Positions 1-9,777 of a stretch of 28,450 bases of DNA are shown here, piece after piece (positions within the stretch are counted from its first letter, which is position 1; each line of letters begins with the position of its first letter). The position numbers and the translations under genes were made by a program. Under the pieces are notes generated by a model. The model was not told the origin of the DNA, did not search any database, and saw only the letters and a list, made by a program, of their open reading frames with translations. The DNA is taken from contig JBDIWC010000049.1 of assembly GCA_039794085.1 (NCBI GenBank), forward strand, positions 1 through 28,450, written 5' to 3'. The DNA is from Gemmatimonadales bacterium (lineage in GTDB: Bacteria > Gemmatimonadota > Gemmatimonadetes > Gemmatimonadales > GWC2-71-9).

Positions 1-79
1 GTCCATCCACTTCAGGGTTGGGCTCTTCCGGCTTCGGCATGGGTTCCTGTCCCTCCGGAGCCCTCTCCCCGCCCCCAGA

Positions 80-183
80 GCCAACCACAAGAAGCACAAA
101 AGGCACAGAACCTCTCTCGCCCCCTGGGGGGCCCCCAGGCGCCCCGAGGTGTGCCTCTTGTGATTTCTGTGCTTTTTGTGGCC
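80..183. repeat. Inverted repeat of 9-mer-periodic arms (CCACAAGAAGCACAAAAGGCACA ... TGTGATTTCTGTGCTTTTTGTGGC), dispersed hairpin/MITE-like
   Basis: Left arm ~80-108 is roughly complementary to ~155-183; a related left arm recurs at ~7512-7540. Confidence 0.6.
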
Positions 184-241
184 ATCCCCCTCGCACGGCG
201 GGGCCGGGGCGATCGACGGGTCTGACGGGGGGGTCGGGCGT

Positions 242-292
242 CGCCCACAATATTGTTGCCGTTTTACGTTCCATCCTGTCCGTAAGGGACTA
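242..292 (-). repeat. 51-bp element, probable IS/MITE end; inverted copy at 28324-28374
   Basis: 46/51 identity, counted by hand, to the reverse complement of 28324-28374. Confidence 0.85.
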
Positions 293-435
293 AACTGGAG
301 AAGAAGCGAAAGAGTGAACACCCGCATCCAGGCGATCACGCGCAAAGCGGACGGATTCCACCATCCGGACTACTTCGCCCCCAGGGTCAAGCAGGCGTTC
401 CCGGGCCGATCCTGCACCTATATTGGAGAAGAACC
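293..435 (+). mobile_element. ISL3-family transposase 3' remnant with right terminal repeat
   Basis: Translation SERVNTRIQAITRKADGFHHPDYFAPRVKQAFPG resembles the ISL3 transposase C-terminus (EGxNNKIKVIKRxAYGFRDxxYFxLKIxAAFPG). It ends in GGAGAAGAACC, the reverse complement of a GGTTCTT ISL3-type end. Confidence 0.7.
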
Positions 436-457
436 CAAACTTCAAACTTCAAACTTC
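436..457. repeat. Heptamer tandem (CAAACTT)3
   Basis: Read directly; a related CTTCA(C/A)A tract lies at 15790-15822. Confidence 0.75.
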
Positions 458-512
458 CTCCCCCCTTCCCATTTTCCGCCTTCTCCTTCAAACTTGAACC
501 TTCCTCAGCTGG

Positions 513-2393
513 ATGCCAGCCATGCGCCGTCTCCCCTCGGGGCTCCTCGCCCTTCTTCTGCTCGTTATCCCCGCGGTGTCGGTGGCCCAGCAGACCGCCA
601 AACCCCCACTCCATGGCCGTCATTGGATTGCCATCACCGGCAAACCCCTCGCCGCGACGGCGGGAGCGGCGATCTTCCAGCAGGGGGGGAACGCGGTCGA
701 TGCGGCGGCTGCCATGCTCGCGGCCACCGCCACGATGTGGGATGTGTTGAGCTGGGGAGGGGAGACCCAGGCGCTCATTTATCACCCCGGCCTGAAAAAG
801 GTCATCGGGATAAATGCTTTGGGATGGGCGCCGAGCGGTGCGACACCCGAATACTTCGCCGCCAAGGGGCACCGGTTTCCACCTGAATTCGGAGTGGATG
901 CCGCCGTCACCCCCGGCACGCCCGGCGGCCTGATGGTGATGCTCGCCGAGTATGGGACGCTGAGTCTGGCGCAGGTGCTGGCCCCGGCGATCCAGATGGC
1001 GGACGGGTATCCGATCGAGGCGCAGACGGCCAACCGGATCGAGGGGGAGAAGAAGCGACTCGCGGAATGGCCCTACTCCAAGGCCGTGATGTTGCCGCAC
1101 GCGGGCCAGGAGCGGGAGGCTCCGGTGGCGGGCGAGATCTTCCGGCAGCCCGACCTGGCCGCCACGTTGCGGAAGCTGGTGGCCACGGAGAGTGAGGCCC
1201 TGGCCCGGGGGGCCACGCGCAAGGCGGCGATCCTCGCGGCCAATGACCGGTTCTACAAGGGGGACATCGCCCGGGAGTACGTGCGGGGCGCCCGGGAGCA
1301 GGGGTCGCCGGTGACGGAGGAGGATCTGGCCACCTGGACGGTGCGGATCGAGGAACCCGTCTCCACGACCTACAAGGGGATCGAGGTCTACAAGCTCAAT
1401 GTGTGGACCCAGGGGCCGGCCCTCCTCCAGGCGTTGAACATCCTCGAACAGGCCGACCTCAAATCGATGGGGTACAACAGCACTCGCTATCTCCACACCC
1501 TCTATCAGGCCATGAACATGGCCTTCGCCGACCGCGACTTCTACTACGGGGACATCTACAACGGCCCGGAGGAGCCGGTGCGCGGCCTCCTGTCGAAGGA
1601 GTACGCCCGGCAACGGTTTGCGGGGATGAACCACGAGAGGAACGATTCCACGGTCACACCGGGGGATCCGTACCCCTTCCAGGGCGGGATCAATCCCTTC
1701 ACCGAGATCCTGCGGAAGTGGGACCCCACGGGACCCCGCCCCGCGGTGGCCGATGACGCCGCCTCCACGAGCGCCCGGGCCCTCGACGACGACTTCATGC
1801 GGGCCTTCTACGCCGGCACCACCAGCATCCAGGCGGCTGACACCGCGGGGTGGGTGGTGAGCATCACGCCGAGCGGTGGGTGGCCCCCCGCCGTGATCGC
1901 CGGACGGACCGGGGTCGGGATGAGCCAGCGGGCCCAGAGCTTCGTGACCTCACCGGCCGATGGCCCCTACAACGTGGTGGGGCCCCGGCGGCAACCCCGG
2001 GTGACGCTGACCCCGACTCTCGCCCTCAAGGATGGTGCGCCTTTCCTGAGCTTCGCAGTGCAGGGGGGCGACAGTCAGGACCAGAACCTGCTGCAGTTCT
2101 TTCTGAACGTGGTGGAGTTCGGGATGACGGTGCAGGAAGCGACCGAGGCGGCCAATATCAACAGCTTCCAGATGCGGGCGTCCTTCGGGAAGCACGAATC
2201 ACGGCCCGGCCGGATGCTGGTGGCCGAAAGTGTCCCGGACTGGACCCGCGCCGACCTCCGGAAAATGGGGTACCGACTGGAGTTCCAGCGCCGGACCAGC
2301 GGCCCGATCAACGCGATCTGGTTCGACCGGGTGCACGGCACATTCTGGGGTGGCTCGTCGAACCACGGTGAGGACTACGGGATTGCGTGGTAA
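513..2393 (+). CDS. ggt: Secreted gamma-glutamyltransferase family protein (Ntn hydrolase)
   Basis: Signal peptide, GGNAVDAA, AFADRD, GTTS autocleavage/nucleophile Thr, QGGDSQDQ; start 513 or 522. Confidence 0.92.
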   Translation: MPAMRRLPSGLLALLLLVIPAVSVAQQTAKPPLHGRHWIAITGKPLAATAGAAIFQQGGNAVDAAAAMLAATATMWDVLSWGGETQALIYHPGLKKVIGINALGWAPSGATPEYFAAKGHRFPPEFGVDAAVTPGTPGGLMVMLAEYGTLSLAQVLAPAIQMADGYPIEAQTANRIEGEKKRLAEWPYSKAVMLPHAGQEREAPVAGEIFRQPDLAATLRKLVATESEALARGATRKAAILAANDRFYKGDIAREYVRGAREQGSPVTEEDLATWTVRIEEPVSTTYKGIEVYKLNVWTQGPALLQALNILEQADLKSMGYNSTRYLHTLYQAMNMAFADRDFYYGDIYNGPEEPVRGLLSKEYARQRFAGMNHERNDSTVTPGDPYPFQGGINPFTEILRKWDPTGPRPAVADDAASTSARALDDDFMRAFYAGTTSIQAADTAGWVVSITPSGGWPPAVIAGRTGVGMSQRAQSFVTSPADGPYNVVGPRRQPRVTLTPTLALKDGAPFLSFAVQGGDSQDQNLLQFFLNVVEFGMTVQEATEAANINSFQMRASFGKHESRPGRMLVAESVPDWTRADLRKMGYRLEFQRRTSGPINAIWFDRVHGTFWGGSSNHGEDYGIAW

Positions 2394-2399
2394 AAGCCA

Positions 2400-2578
2400 G
2401 GGAATAGGGAGTTGGGAGTTGGGAGTGGAGTAGGGAGTAGGGGCGACGCACGCGTCGCCCTGGGGCGACGTACGCGTCGCCCTTGCTTGATAGGCAACCC
2501 AAGCCCGTCATTCCCGCGAACGCTGACGGAGGTGACTCCCCTCTCCCGCCCTGCGGGAGAGGGGCCGGGGGTGAGGGC
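2400..2578. repeat. Composite repeat patch between convergent genes: GGGA(G/A)T(T/A) heptamers, two GGGCGACG-N4-CGTCGCCC hairpins (2441-2460, 2463-2482), GTCATTCCCGCG and CCCTCTCCC REP-like elements
   Basis: Hairpins read directly; GTCATTCCCGCG recurs at 7444 and the CCCTCTCCC element recurs inverted at 9589-9633. Confidence 0.75.
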
Positions 2579-2599
2579 ATCGGGCGTGAGCGCCGACTG

Positions 2600-3187
2600 T
2601 CAGGCCTTCGGGAGTTCGGACGACCGTTCGATGATCGATCCGACCAGCCCGTATTCGATGGCCGCGGCGGGATCGAGCCAGAAGTTGCGATGGGTGTCCT
2701 CCTCGATGCGTTCGAGGGTCTGACCCGTTTCCCGCGCAAAGATCCGGTTCAGGCGATCCCGCATGCGCAGGATCTCCCGGGCCTCGATCTCGATGTCACT
2801 GGCCGATCCTCCCGACCCTCCCGCCGGCTGATGCAGCAGGAAACGCGTATTCGGCAGGCAGTACCGGTCTTTCGTTGGCACGGACACATAGATCAGCGCA
2901 CCGGCACTCGCGACCCAGCCGGTTCCGATCATCTGGATCGGGGCGTCCACGAAACGGATCATGTCGTGAATGGTGTCTCCCGCCTCGACATGTCCCCCCT
3001 GCGAGTTGACGAAGATCCGGATCGGCTTGGTCGATTCCGCAGCCAGGGCCAGCAGCTGGGCTGAGATATGGGCCGCGAGACGCTGGTTGATTTCCCCGCT
3101 GATGATGATGGTGCGGGCGGTGAAGAGCCGCTCCGCGAGCAGATCGGTGGAGGTGGATCGTGGAGAATCCGGGGTGTTCAGAGACAT
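2600..3187 (-). CDS. clpP: ATP-dependent Clp protease proteolytic subunit, ClpP2/LmClpP1-like with Asn at the triad Asp position
   Basis: NSQGGHV, GWVASAG (Ser), LLHQP (His), THRNFW, AIEYGLV; start placed at ATG 3187, the longer N-terminus looks non-coding. Confidence 0.93.
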   Translation of the reverse strand: MSLNTPDSPRSTSTDLLAERLFTARTIIISGEINQRLAAHISAQLLALAAESTKPIRIFVNSQGGHVEAGDTIHDMIRFVDAPIQMIGTGWVASAGALIYVSVPTKDRYCLPNTRFLLHQPAGGSGGSASDIEIEAREILRMRDRLNRIFARETGQTLERIEEDTHRNFWLDPAAAIEYGLVGSIIERSSELPKA

Positions 3188-3396
3188 GGCCAGGCTTCCG
3201 AATGGGGGGAAAACAGGTCGGTCACGGGCAGAAGAATAATCGGATCCGGGACAATAGCGTGACCCGCCCGCGCGACCGCCTGGTCCGGGCGGGCCCCCGG
3301 TTCTGTTTCCCGGACTCCGCTTCCCGTTATCTTTCCGTGGTTCCGTCCGCGTTCGGGTCGACCGGCGCGGAGCCTGTTCCTCCTCCCAGGAATGCC

Positions 3397-5034
3397 GTGT
3401 CTCCATCCCGACCAGACAAACCCGCCCCGACCGGTCTTCATCGCCTGCACCAACCGCGCCTGAACAAGGGAACCGCCTTCTCCCCGGAGGAGCGAGAGGC
3501 CTACGGGCTACGGGGTCTCCTCCCTCCCCGCCGGTTCACCATGGCGGAACAGCTGGACCGGGCGTTGACCAATCTCCGGCGCAAGAACTCGGACCTCGAG
3601 CGGTACATCTTCCTGACCGCGATGGAGGACCGGAACGAGCAGCTGTTCTACCGTCTCGTCATCGACCATCTCGCCGAAACGATGCCGATCATTTACACCC
3701 CCACGGTGGGGGAAGCGTGCCAGCAGTTCGGCGACATCTTCCGGCGTCCCCGCGGGCTCTACGTCACCATCGAGGACCGGGGAAGCATCCGCCGAGTGCT
3801 GAGCAACTGGCCCACCCGCGAGGTCGATGTCATTGTGGTGACGGACGGGGAACGGATCCTCGGCCTGGGTGATCTCGGGGCGCAGGGAATGGGAATACCC
3901 ATCGGGAAGCTCGCCCTCTACAGCGCCTGCGCCGGGATCGACCCCGCCCGATGTCTCCCGATCACGCTCGATGTCGGAACCGACACGGCGACTCTTCGGG
4001 AACGTCGGTTCTACACCGGGTTGCAGCGACCCCGCGTGCGAGGGGAGGAGTATGACGCCTTCCTGGACGAGTTCGTCGAGGCGGTGGCGGAAACCTTTCC
4101 GATGGCGCTGCTCCAGTTCGAGGATTTCGCCACCGAGAACGCCCTCCGCCTCCTGGCGCGCTACCGTGATCGTTACCGCACCTTCAACGACGACATCCAG
4201 GGAACCGCCGCGGTGACGCTCGCCGGTCTCTACTCCGCGGCCCGGGCGATGGGATCGAGCCTCCGGGACCAGCGGATCCTCTTCTTCGGCGCCGGATCCG
4301 CCGCGGCCGGAATTGCGGACCTCATCGTGCGTGCCCTGAGGGGCGAGGGATTGTCGGAGGACGAGGCCCGCGGCCGGTGCTGGTTCTTCGATTCGAAGGG
4401 ACTCGTGGTCCGGTCGCGGTCCGACCTTGCGGTCCACAAGCGCCCGTACGCGCATGACCACACCCCCGAAACCGATCTCGTCGCCGCCATCCGGTCGGTG
4501 GCCCCGACGGCCCTTTTCGGCGTGTCGGCCCAGGCGGGGGCGTTCGGTACACCGGTGCTCGAGGCGATGGCGTCGGTGAACCCGCGACCGATCATCTTTC
4601 CGTTGTCCAATCCGACATCCAAAGCCGAGTGCACCGCCGAGGAGGCGTATCGAGCCACCGGAGGACGGGTGGTGTTCGCCAGCGGGAGTCCCTTCCCGGA
4701 GGTGGTCCAGGACGGCACCCGGTTCATTCCGCGCCAGGCCAACAACGTCTACGTGTTCCCGGGAATCGGCCTGGGAGTGGTCCTGTCCCGGGCGCGGCGG
4801 GTGACCGATGCGATGTTCCTCGCGGCCGCCCGCACCCTCTCCGACATGGTGGCCCAGGGGGATCTGGACCGGGGAAGCCTCTTCCCCCCCCTCGAGGAGA
4901 TTCGCTCGGTGTCACGGAAGATTGCCGCCTCGGTCATCGCCGTGGGCGAGGAGGAGTGCCTGGTGACGAAGCGGGTTCCGGAACCGCGGGAGGAGTTCAT
5001 CGCCTCTCGGATGTACGACCCGCGCTATCCATAG
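3397..5034 (+). CDS. maeA: NAD-dependent malic enzyme
   Basis: [58 protein letters not shown] 3397 after AGGA is the inferred start. Confidence 0.93.
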   Translation: MSPSRPDKPAPTGLHRLHQPRLNKGTAFSPEEREAYGLRGLLPPRRFTMAEQLDRALTNLRRKNSDLERYIFLTAMEDRNEQLFYRLVIDHLAETMPIIYTPTVGEACQQFGDIFRRPRGLYVTIEDRGSIRRVLSNWPTREVDVIVVTDGERILGLGDLGAQGMGIPIGKLALYSACAGIDPARCLPITLDVGTDTATLRERRFYTGLQRPRVRGEEYDAFLDEFVEAVAETFPMALLQFEDFATENALRLLARYRDRYRTFNDDIQGTAAVTLAGLYSAARAMGSSLRDQRILFFGAGSAAAGIADLIVRALRGEGLSEDEARGRCWFFDSKGLVVRSRSDLAVHKRPYAHDHTPETDLVAAIRSVAPTALFGVSAQAGAFGTPVLEAMASVNPRPIIFPLSNPTSKAECTAEEAYRATGGRVVFASGSPFPEVVQDGTRFIPRQANNVYVFPGIGLGVVLSRARRVTDAMFLAAARTLSDMVAQGDLDRGSLFPPLEEIRSVSRKIAASVIAVGEEECLVTKRVPEPREEFIASRMYDPRYP

Positions 5035-5064
5035 GTCCGGCTCGAGACGTCGGGTCGGAAGGTG

Positions 5065-5502
5065 TCAGCGGGGGGTCACCGTGACCTTCGCCACCATGCC
5101 GAGGGCCTCGTGCAGGCTACAGAAATAGGCGTATTCTCCCGGAACGGTGGGAACAATGCGGATCTCGCCGTCGGCGTCCACGAGGCCGGAGTCCCACCCC
5201 TCGGCGCCTTCGGGGAGAGAGGTGTGCTCGGGGACGGCGGCCCGGCCCGGCTGGTTGGTGCTCGTGTGCGGCATGCCCCCGACGTTGACCCAGAGGATGG
5301 TGTCTCCCACGGCCACGGTCGGGCTGGCGGGGTCGAAGGTCATGTCGTCCCGCATTTCGATGCGGAGCAGGCCGTCGGTGCTGGTGGGGGCGGTGGCCTG
5401 CGGGAGCCCGGGATCCTGTGGGGCGGGATCGGTGTCCGGAGCGGGGCCACAGGCGGCGGCGAGGAGGAGAATCCCCAGGGCGAGGAACCGACCGGGTCTC
5501 AC
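5065..5502 (-). CDS. Plastocyanin/azurin-family type-1 copper lipoprotein
   Basis: Lipobox AAAC, upstream His (MPHT) and YFCSLHEALGM (C-x2-H-x4-M); start uncertain (GTG 5502 or ATG 5553). Confidence 0.85.
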   Translation of the reverse strand: MRPGRFLALGILLLAAACGPAPDTDPAPQDPGLPQATAPTSTDGLLRIEMRDDMTFDPASPTVAVGDTILWVNVGGMPHTSTNQPGRAAVPEHTSLPEGAEGWDSGLVDADGEIRIVPTVPGEYAYFCSLHEALGMVAKVTVTPR

Positions 5503-5641
5503 CGGCGTTTTGGGGATATGACAGCGACCCTGAAGTATTGCGAACTCCGGCATGAGGCACATTCTCCGGCGAAGGGTGGTTTGGTGAAGCGCTTCTGGAA
5601 GACAAGACGCCCCGGAACGCCATCCGGATCGGAGGAATAGC

Positions 5642-6109
5642 ATGCGCATCCTGCACCCCTTGTTCGTCCACCTGCACATCGCCTTTCTCCTGATGGCTTT
5701 CGTGGCCATGTACACGTGGCTGATCCGGGGCCTCGCGTCGAGCGTTTTCGAGGACCGGATCTACCAGTTCGCCCGCGCCAACACCTGGGCCGGCATGGCC
5801 ACGGTGGCGCTGTCGATGCTGGCGGGAGCGCGGGACGGATTCTTCGGGTCGGTCGCCCGGTTCAACGGACCGATCGGGGGCTGGCTGGCGCTCAAGGTGG
5901 TGCTGGCGGTGCTGTTGCTGGTGGTGTACGGGCTCTTCCTCTATTGGAGCGGCACCAAGAAGCGGTACCTCCAGGAGGACCGGAAGGCGATGCTCTGGTG
6001 CCTCGGAACCCAGTTGGTGGGGATCATCCTGGTCGGAGTGATCACGGCGATCGGGACCATGGTGGTGTATTTCCAGGACCAGCTCTCCCGCTTCGTGCTT
6101 CCGCTCTGA
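5642..6109 (+). CDS. DUF2231-like four-TM membrane protein
   Basis: N-terminal LHPLFVHLHIA, four hydrophobic segments, GGAGGA RBS. Confidence 0.7.
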   Translation: MRILHPLFVHLHIAFLLMAFVAMYTWLIRGLASSVFEDRIYQFARANTWAGMATVALSMLAGARDGFFGSVARFNGPIGGWLALKVVLAVLLLVVYGLFLYWSGTKKRYLQEDRKAMLWCLGTQLVGIILVGVITAIGTMVVYFQDQLSRFVLPL

Positions 6110-7407
6110 TGGGGCGTCCGGTGAGACGGATCGTTGTGGTGGGTGGGGGGTTCGCCGGCCTCTATGCCGCGAGCCAGCTCGGGCGCTCCGATCTGGGGGC
6201 GGACGGGGCCGAGATCACGCTCATTGACCGGAAGAACTACTTCACCTTCACGCCGCTCCTGCCGGAGGTTGCGGCGGGGAATCTCAGCCGAGAGCACGTC
6301 ATCCAGGGCTATCGATCGCTGGGCCGGCGATATGGATTCACCTTCGTGCAGGGCGAGGTGCTCACGGTTGACCCGGCCGCGCAGGTGGTCGTCACCACCG
6401 ACAATCGGTACCCCTATGACCATGCGATCCTGGCACCGGGCGCCGAGCCGGGATACTTCGGCAACGCCGACCTGCCGCGGCACAGCTGCCCCCTCGTGTC
6501 GGTGGACGACGCCGTGGCCATCCACGACCGGGTGGTCCATGCGATGGAGGCCGCGGCGCGCACCACGGACACCGCCACCCGGGACGCGCTGCTGACCATC
6601 GTGGTGGCGGGGGCCGGGCCGGCCGGGGTGGAAACGGCGGGGGAGCTGCATCACTTCGCCAACGACGTGCTCGGCCCGTACTATCCGACTCTTCCCCCGG
6701 TTCGCGTGCTGGTGGTGTCGGCGGGAGACCGGATCCTGCCCGGATTCGACGACACGCTCGCGGCCGGAGGGCTCGTGGCCCTTCGCGGGATGGGGGTGGA
6801 GGTGGAACTCGACACGATGGTGACGGGTGCCTCGGCGGGGTGTGTGGAGACGAAGGGACCCGACGGGGTCATCCGGCGGATGCGCACCGGAACCCTGATC
6901 TGGACGGCGGGCACCCAGCCCGCGACATGGCTCGCCAGCTGCGGACTGCCGCTGGAAAGGGGATCCCTGAAGGTCCTCCCCACACTCCAGGTGGCGGGGT
7001 GCGACACCCTGTTCGCCGCGGGTGATGCCGCCGGACTCGTCGACCCGCGCACCGGCCGGGGCTACCCGAAGGTGGCTCCCATCGCCCTCAGCCAGGGCAT
7101 CCGTGCGGCGGGGAACATCGAGAACCTGGTGTACGGGCGCCCGCTGGAGGAGTACCACGCCCACCACGCGGGCAAGATCATATCCCTCGGCCGGGGTGTG
7201 GCCTTTGCCGATGTGCTCGGGTTCCAGCTGCGGGGCCGCGCGGCGTGGTGGATGTATCGCACCGCCTACACGCTCAAGCTGATCGGGTTGAAGAACAAGG
7301 TGAGGGTGGTCATGACACTGCTCTTCAACCGGATCTTCGAGAGGGATATCGCTGCCGCCGGTGCGCGTCCGGCACCCCCGCCTCCGCTGGATCCCGCTGG
7401 TCCCTGA
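6109..7407 (+). CDS. ndh: Type II NADH:quinone oxidoreductase-like flavoprotein
   Basis: VVGGGFAG, FTPLLPEVAAG, second Rossmann AGAGPAGVE, WTAG, FAAGD; ATG overlaps upstream stop (TGATG). Confidence 0.85.
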   Translation: MGRPVRRIVVVGGGFAGLYAASQLGRSDLGADGAEITLIDRKNYFTFTPLLPEVAAGNLSREHVIQGYRSLGRRYGFTFVQGEVLTVDPAAQVVVTTDNRYPYDHAILAPGAEPGYFGNADLPRHSCPLVSVDDAVAIHDRVVHAMEAAARTTDTATRDALLTIVVAGAGPAGVETAGELHHFANDVLGPYYPTLPPVRVLVVSAGDRILPGFDDTLAAGGLVALRGMGVEVELDTMVTGASAGCVETKGPDGVIRRMRTGTLIWTAGTQPATWLASCGLPLERGSLKVLPTLQVAGCDTLFAAGDAAGLVDPRTGRGYPKVAPIALSQGIRAAGNIENLVYGRPLEEYHAHHAGKIISLGRGVAFADVLGFQLRGRAAWWMYRTAYTLKLIGLKNKVRVVMTLLFNRIFERDIAAAGARPAPPPPLDPAGP

Positions 7408-7443
7408 GGAAATGTCGGTTGATTGACGGGACCACCACGGCCC

Positions 7444-7680
7444 GTCATTCCCGCGCACGCGGGAATCCATGCATGCAGGGGATTGAAGATCAGGACCTCA
7501 CCACCCCGAAAGCCAACCACAAAAGGCACAAAGGGCACAAACGGCCAACCAGAGCGGCCCTGGTTCGGTGCCCTTTCCACAGGAACAACATACTGTCAAT
7601 CCTGTTCATCCTGTCAAAAGACCACGCTCACCGGGATCGAACGGCCATTTCTGACAGGATTGACAGGATGATGCAGGATG
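7444..7680. repeat. Intergenic patch of REP-like/hairpin repeats (GTCATTCCCGCGCACGCGGGAATCCA; CCACAAAAGGCACAAA; ATCCTGTTCATCCTGTCA...TGACAGGATTGACAGGAT)
   Basis: Inverted complementarity read directly, between convergent genes. Confidence 0.7.
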
Positions 7681-7752
7681 ACCCAACCCGTCCCCGGCCA
7701 TCTCCTGTCTGTTCAGTCGAGTCGACGTGGGGGGCCTCGGAGGGCATTGTGG

Positions 7753-8499
7753 CTACTCGATCACGAACCGGGTGGTGACTTCGGGTGCGCTCCGCTCCCC
7801 GCCGGCCACGATCACCTCGTGGCGACCAGGCTGGAAGGTCACCACTATCCATCCCTCCCTCCCCGGTCCGAGTTCCGTGATTCCCCCCACGGCTTCGGGG
7901 CGGTCCCCGTCGTCAAGCCGATTCAACGACACGGTGACATTCCCCAGTCGCTCGTTGGTGATCCGGACGATGCGGCGGCCCGGGGCCGGGGTGGGAAGCC
8001 ACGTTACGCTGTCCATCCCGATCTGGAGGATCGCATCGGTGAGGGGGGGCTCTCGATCGGGTGAATTCGGGGGCGAGTCGAGACCGAAGGAAGCCATCGG
8101 AGGAACAGAGGACCCGCTGTCGGGCACGGGGGGAAGGCAGAGAACGATGTACCGGCCGGCGGGGAGATGAAGTGTGACCACAGAGGAGTCCCCTGGAGGG
8201 GCCACTCCCGGCCCACCGATCCACTCCATTCCGGCGGCTGGAAGAGGGTCGTGGCGGGTGTACCAGGCGACGACAGCGGAGTCCGTTGTGGAATCGTCCA
8301 GTCGCGCCAGGGTGGCCCGCTGGATCTGGCCGGTGGAGTTGAGGAGGGTCACGTCGGTGAAGCCCGGACCCTCCGGAGTGCTGACGATGCAGGTGCCATC
8401 GTGAACGAGGCGCAGAACCCCGTTTCGTGGAGAATCGGTCTCCCCACTCGTGCACGCAGTGACACCACCCACCAGCAGGGCCACGAACCATCGGTTCAC
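7753..8499 (-). CDS. Hypothetical lipoprotein with two cupredoxin-like beta repeats
   Basis: Lipobox VTAC after GTG 8499; similar segments GVAPPGDSSVVTLHLPAGRYIVLC and TELGPGREGWIVVTFQPGRHEV; no complete Cu ligand set. Confidence 0.6.
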   Translation of the reverse strand: MNRWFVALLVGGVTACTSGETDSPRNGVLRLVHDGTCIVSTPEGPGFTDVTLLNSTGQIQRATLARLDDSTTDSAVVAWYTRHDPLPAAGMEWIGGPGVAPPGDSSVVTLHLPAGRYIVLCLPPVPDSGSSVPPMASFGLDSPPNSPDREPPLTDAILQIGMDSVTWLPTPAPGRRIVRITNERLGNVTVSLNRLDDGDRPEAVGGITELGPGREGWIVVTFQPGRHEVIVAGGERSAPEVTTRFVIE

Positions 8500-8688
8500 G
8501 ATAGCCTCCCGGGATGCGGACCAGGGACGGCAGGACGATCCCCGGGCCTCGGTGCCTAAAGATACGTGAGTGAACAAGTCTTCATGGTGTCAGTTCCGGA
8601 ACCTTCACCGCCACGGGTGAATATTGTATGCGGCGCCATTGTGGCCGCCGGTGGTGTTCACGCGTTCAGGTTGTGCCGAGGAGGCCCC

Positions 8689-9585
8689 ATGTTCCGCCGA
8701 TTCCTGGTTCCCGTGGACGGTTCGCCCTTCAGTGAACTCGCCATTCCCGTTGCCCTGGATCTCGCCACTCGGGAGGGTCCCGGCGCCGAGGTTCATCTGG
8801 CGCTGGTGTATGAGCCGATCCTCGACGTTCAGGGGGTGCCGCCGATCGATCCGACCTATGGGAAGTCGATCCTCGCGGGGTACGAGGAGGTGATGGCGGA
8901 TCTGGTGTCGCGGACGGGAACGGACCGTCTGACCCCCAAGGCGGAGGTGTTGATCGGCCCGGTAGTGGCGACTCTCACCGATCATGCGAAGAAGGTGAAG
9001 GCCGATCTGATGATCCTGACGAGCCATGGCCGGGGGGGTCTCAATCGCCTTTGGTTGGGGAGCACCGCTGAGGGGCTGGCTCGGCACGCCGAGGTTCCGG
9101 TGCTTCTGCTCCGGCCCGATGAGGATGTGCCGCCGGGTCTTCCTCCGGTTCGTTCGGTCCTGATCCCGTTGGATGCTTCGGGATTCGGGAAGGAGATCGT
9201 GGAGTGTGCGGTCCGGCTCGCCGGGGTGGAGGGGGTCACGTATCATCTGGTGCACGTGATCCAGAAGATTCCGGTGGTGCTGAGCGCAGCCAACCTGGAC
9301 CACGATGTCGAGTTGTATCAAGCGCGGCGGACCCTGGCCCGGGACTATCTGGATGGGGTGGCCGAGGGTCTTCGGAGCCGTGGGGCGACGGTTCGTGTGG
9401 AGGTACGGGCGTCGAATTCCGTGGCGAAGGAGTTGCTGGCGATGGTGGAGGAAGGGGACTATGATCTCATCGCGATGGCCACCCATGGCCGGAGCGGGAT
9501 CGGGCGGATGGTGATCGGGAGTGTGGCGGACAAGGTTCTGCGAGGGACGCGGGTGCCGCTGCTGCTGCACCGTCCGGCGGAGTGA
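8689..9585 (+). CDS. Universal stress protein with tandem USP domains
   Basis: LVPVDGS, SHGRGGLNRLWLGSTAE, THGRSGIGRMVIGSVADKVLR; GAGGAGG RBS before ATG 8689. Confidence 0.93.
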   Translation: MFRRFLVPVDGSPFSELAIPVALDLATREGPGAEVHLALVYEPILDVQGVPPIDPTYGKSILAGYEEVMADLVSRTGTDRLTPKAEVLIGPVVATLTDHAKKVKADLMILTSHGRGGLNRLWLGSTAEGLARHAEVPVLLLRPDEDVPPGLPPVRSVLIPLDASGFGKEIVECAVRLAGVEGVTYHLVHVIQKIPVVLSAANLDHDVELYQARRTLARDYLDGVAEGLRSRGATVRVEVRASNSVAKELLAMVEEGDYDLIAMATHGRSGIGRMVIGSVADKVLRGTRVPLLLHRPAE

Positions 9586-9588
9586 TGA

Positions 9589-9633
9589 GCCCTCACCCCC
9601 TGGCCCCCTCTCCCGCAGGGCGGGAGAGGGGGG
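9589..9633. repeat. REP-like hairpin (CCCTCACCCC...CCCTCTCCCGCAGGGCGGGAGAGGG) after USP stop
   Basis: Palindromic stem; inverted relative of 2538-2578. Confidence 0.75.
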
Positions 9634-9687
9634 ATGTGCGCGGGCTCGGCGTCTGCGGTGACGGACCCTGAAGGACACCGGATCCTC

Positions 9688-9719
9688 CGTACCCGTACCC
9701 GTACACGTACTCGTACACG
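9688..9719. repeat. Hexamer tandem (CGTACN)5
   Basis: cgtacc cgtacc cgtaca cgtact cgtaca. Confidence 0.75.
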
Positions 9720-9777
9720 AGCGGTTCCAGAGCCTACGGTTTTTGACAGGGGCGCGTCCACCCGACAACCAACCATT

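Noticed and set aside
21..435. Complete ISL3-derived MITE from GGCTCTT at 21 to GAAGAACC at 435
   Set aside because: Only about 7-8 terminal bases match and no target-site duplication is evident
176..886. 236-aa ORF as a real gene
   Set aside because: Chimera of repeat sequence, ISL3 remnant and an off-frame overlap with ggt
3160..3406. Long N-terminal extensions of clpP and malic enzyme (likewise 5716, 8566, 15521, 23066 starts)
   Set aside because: They overlap neighbouring genes or repeats; family similarity and RBSs begin at the downstream starts
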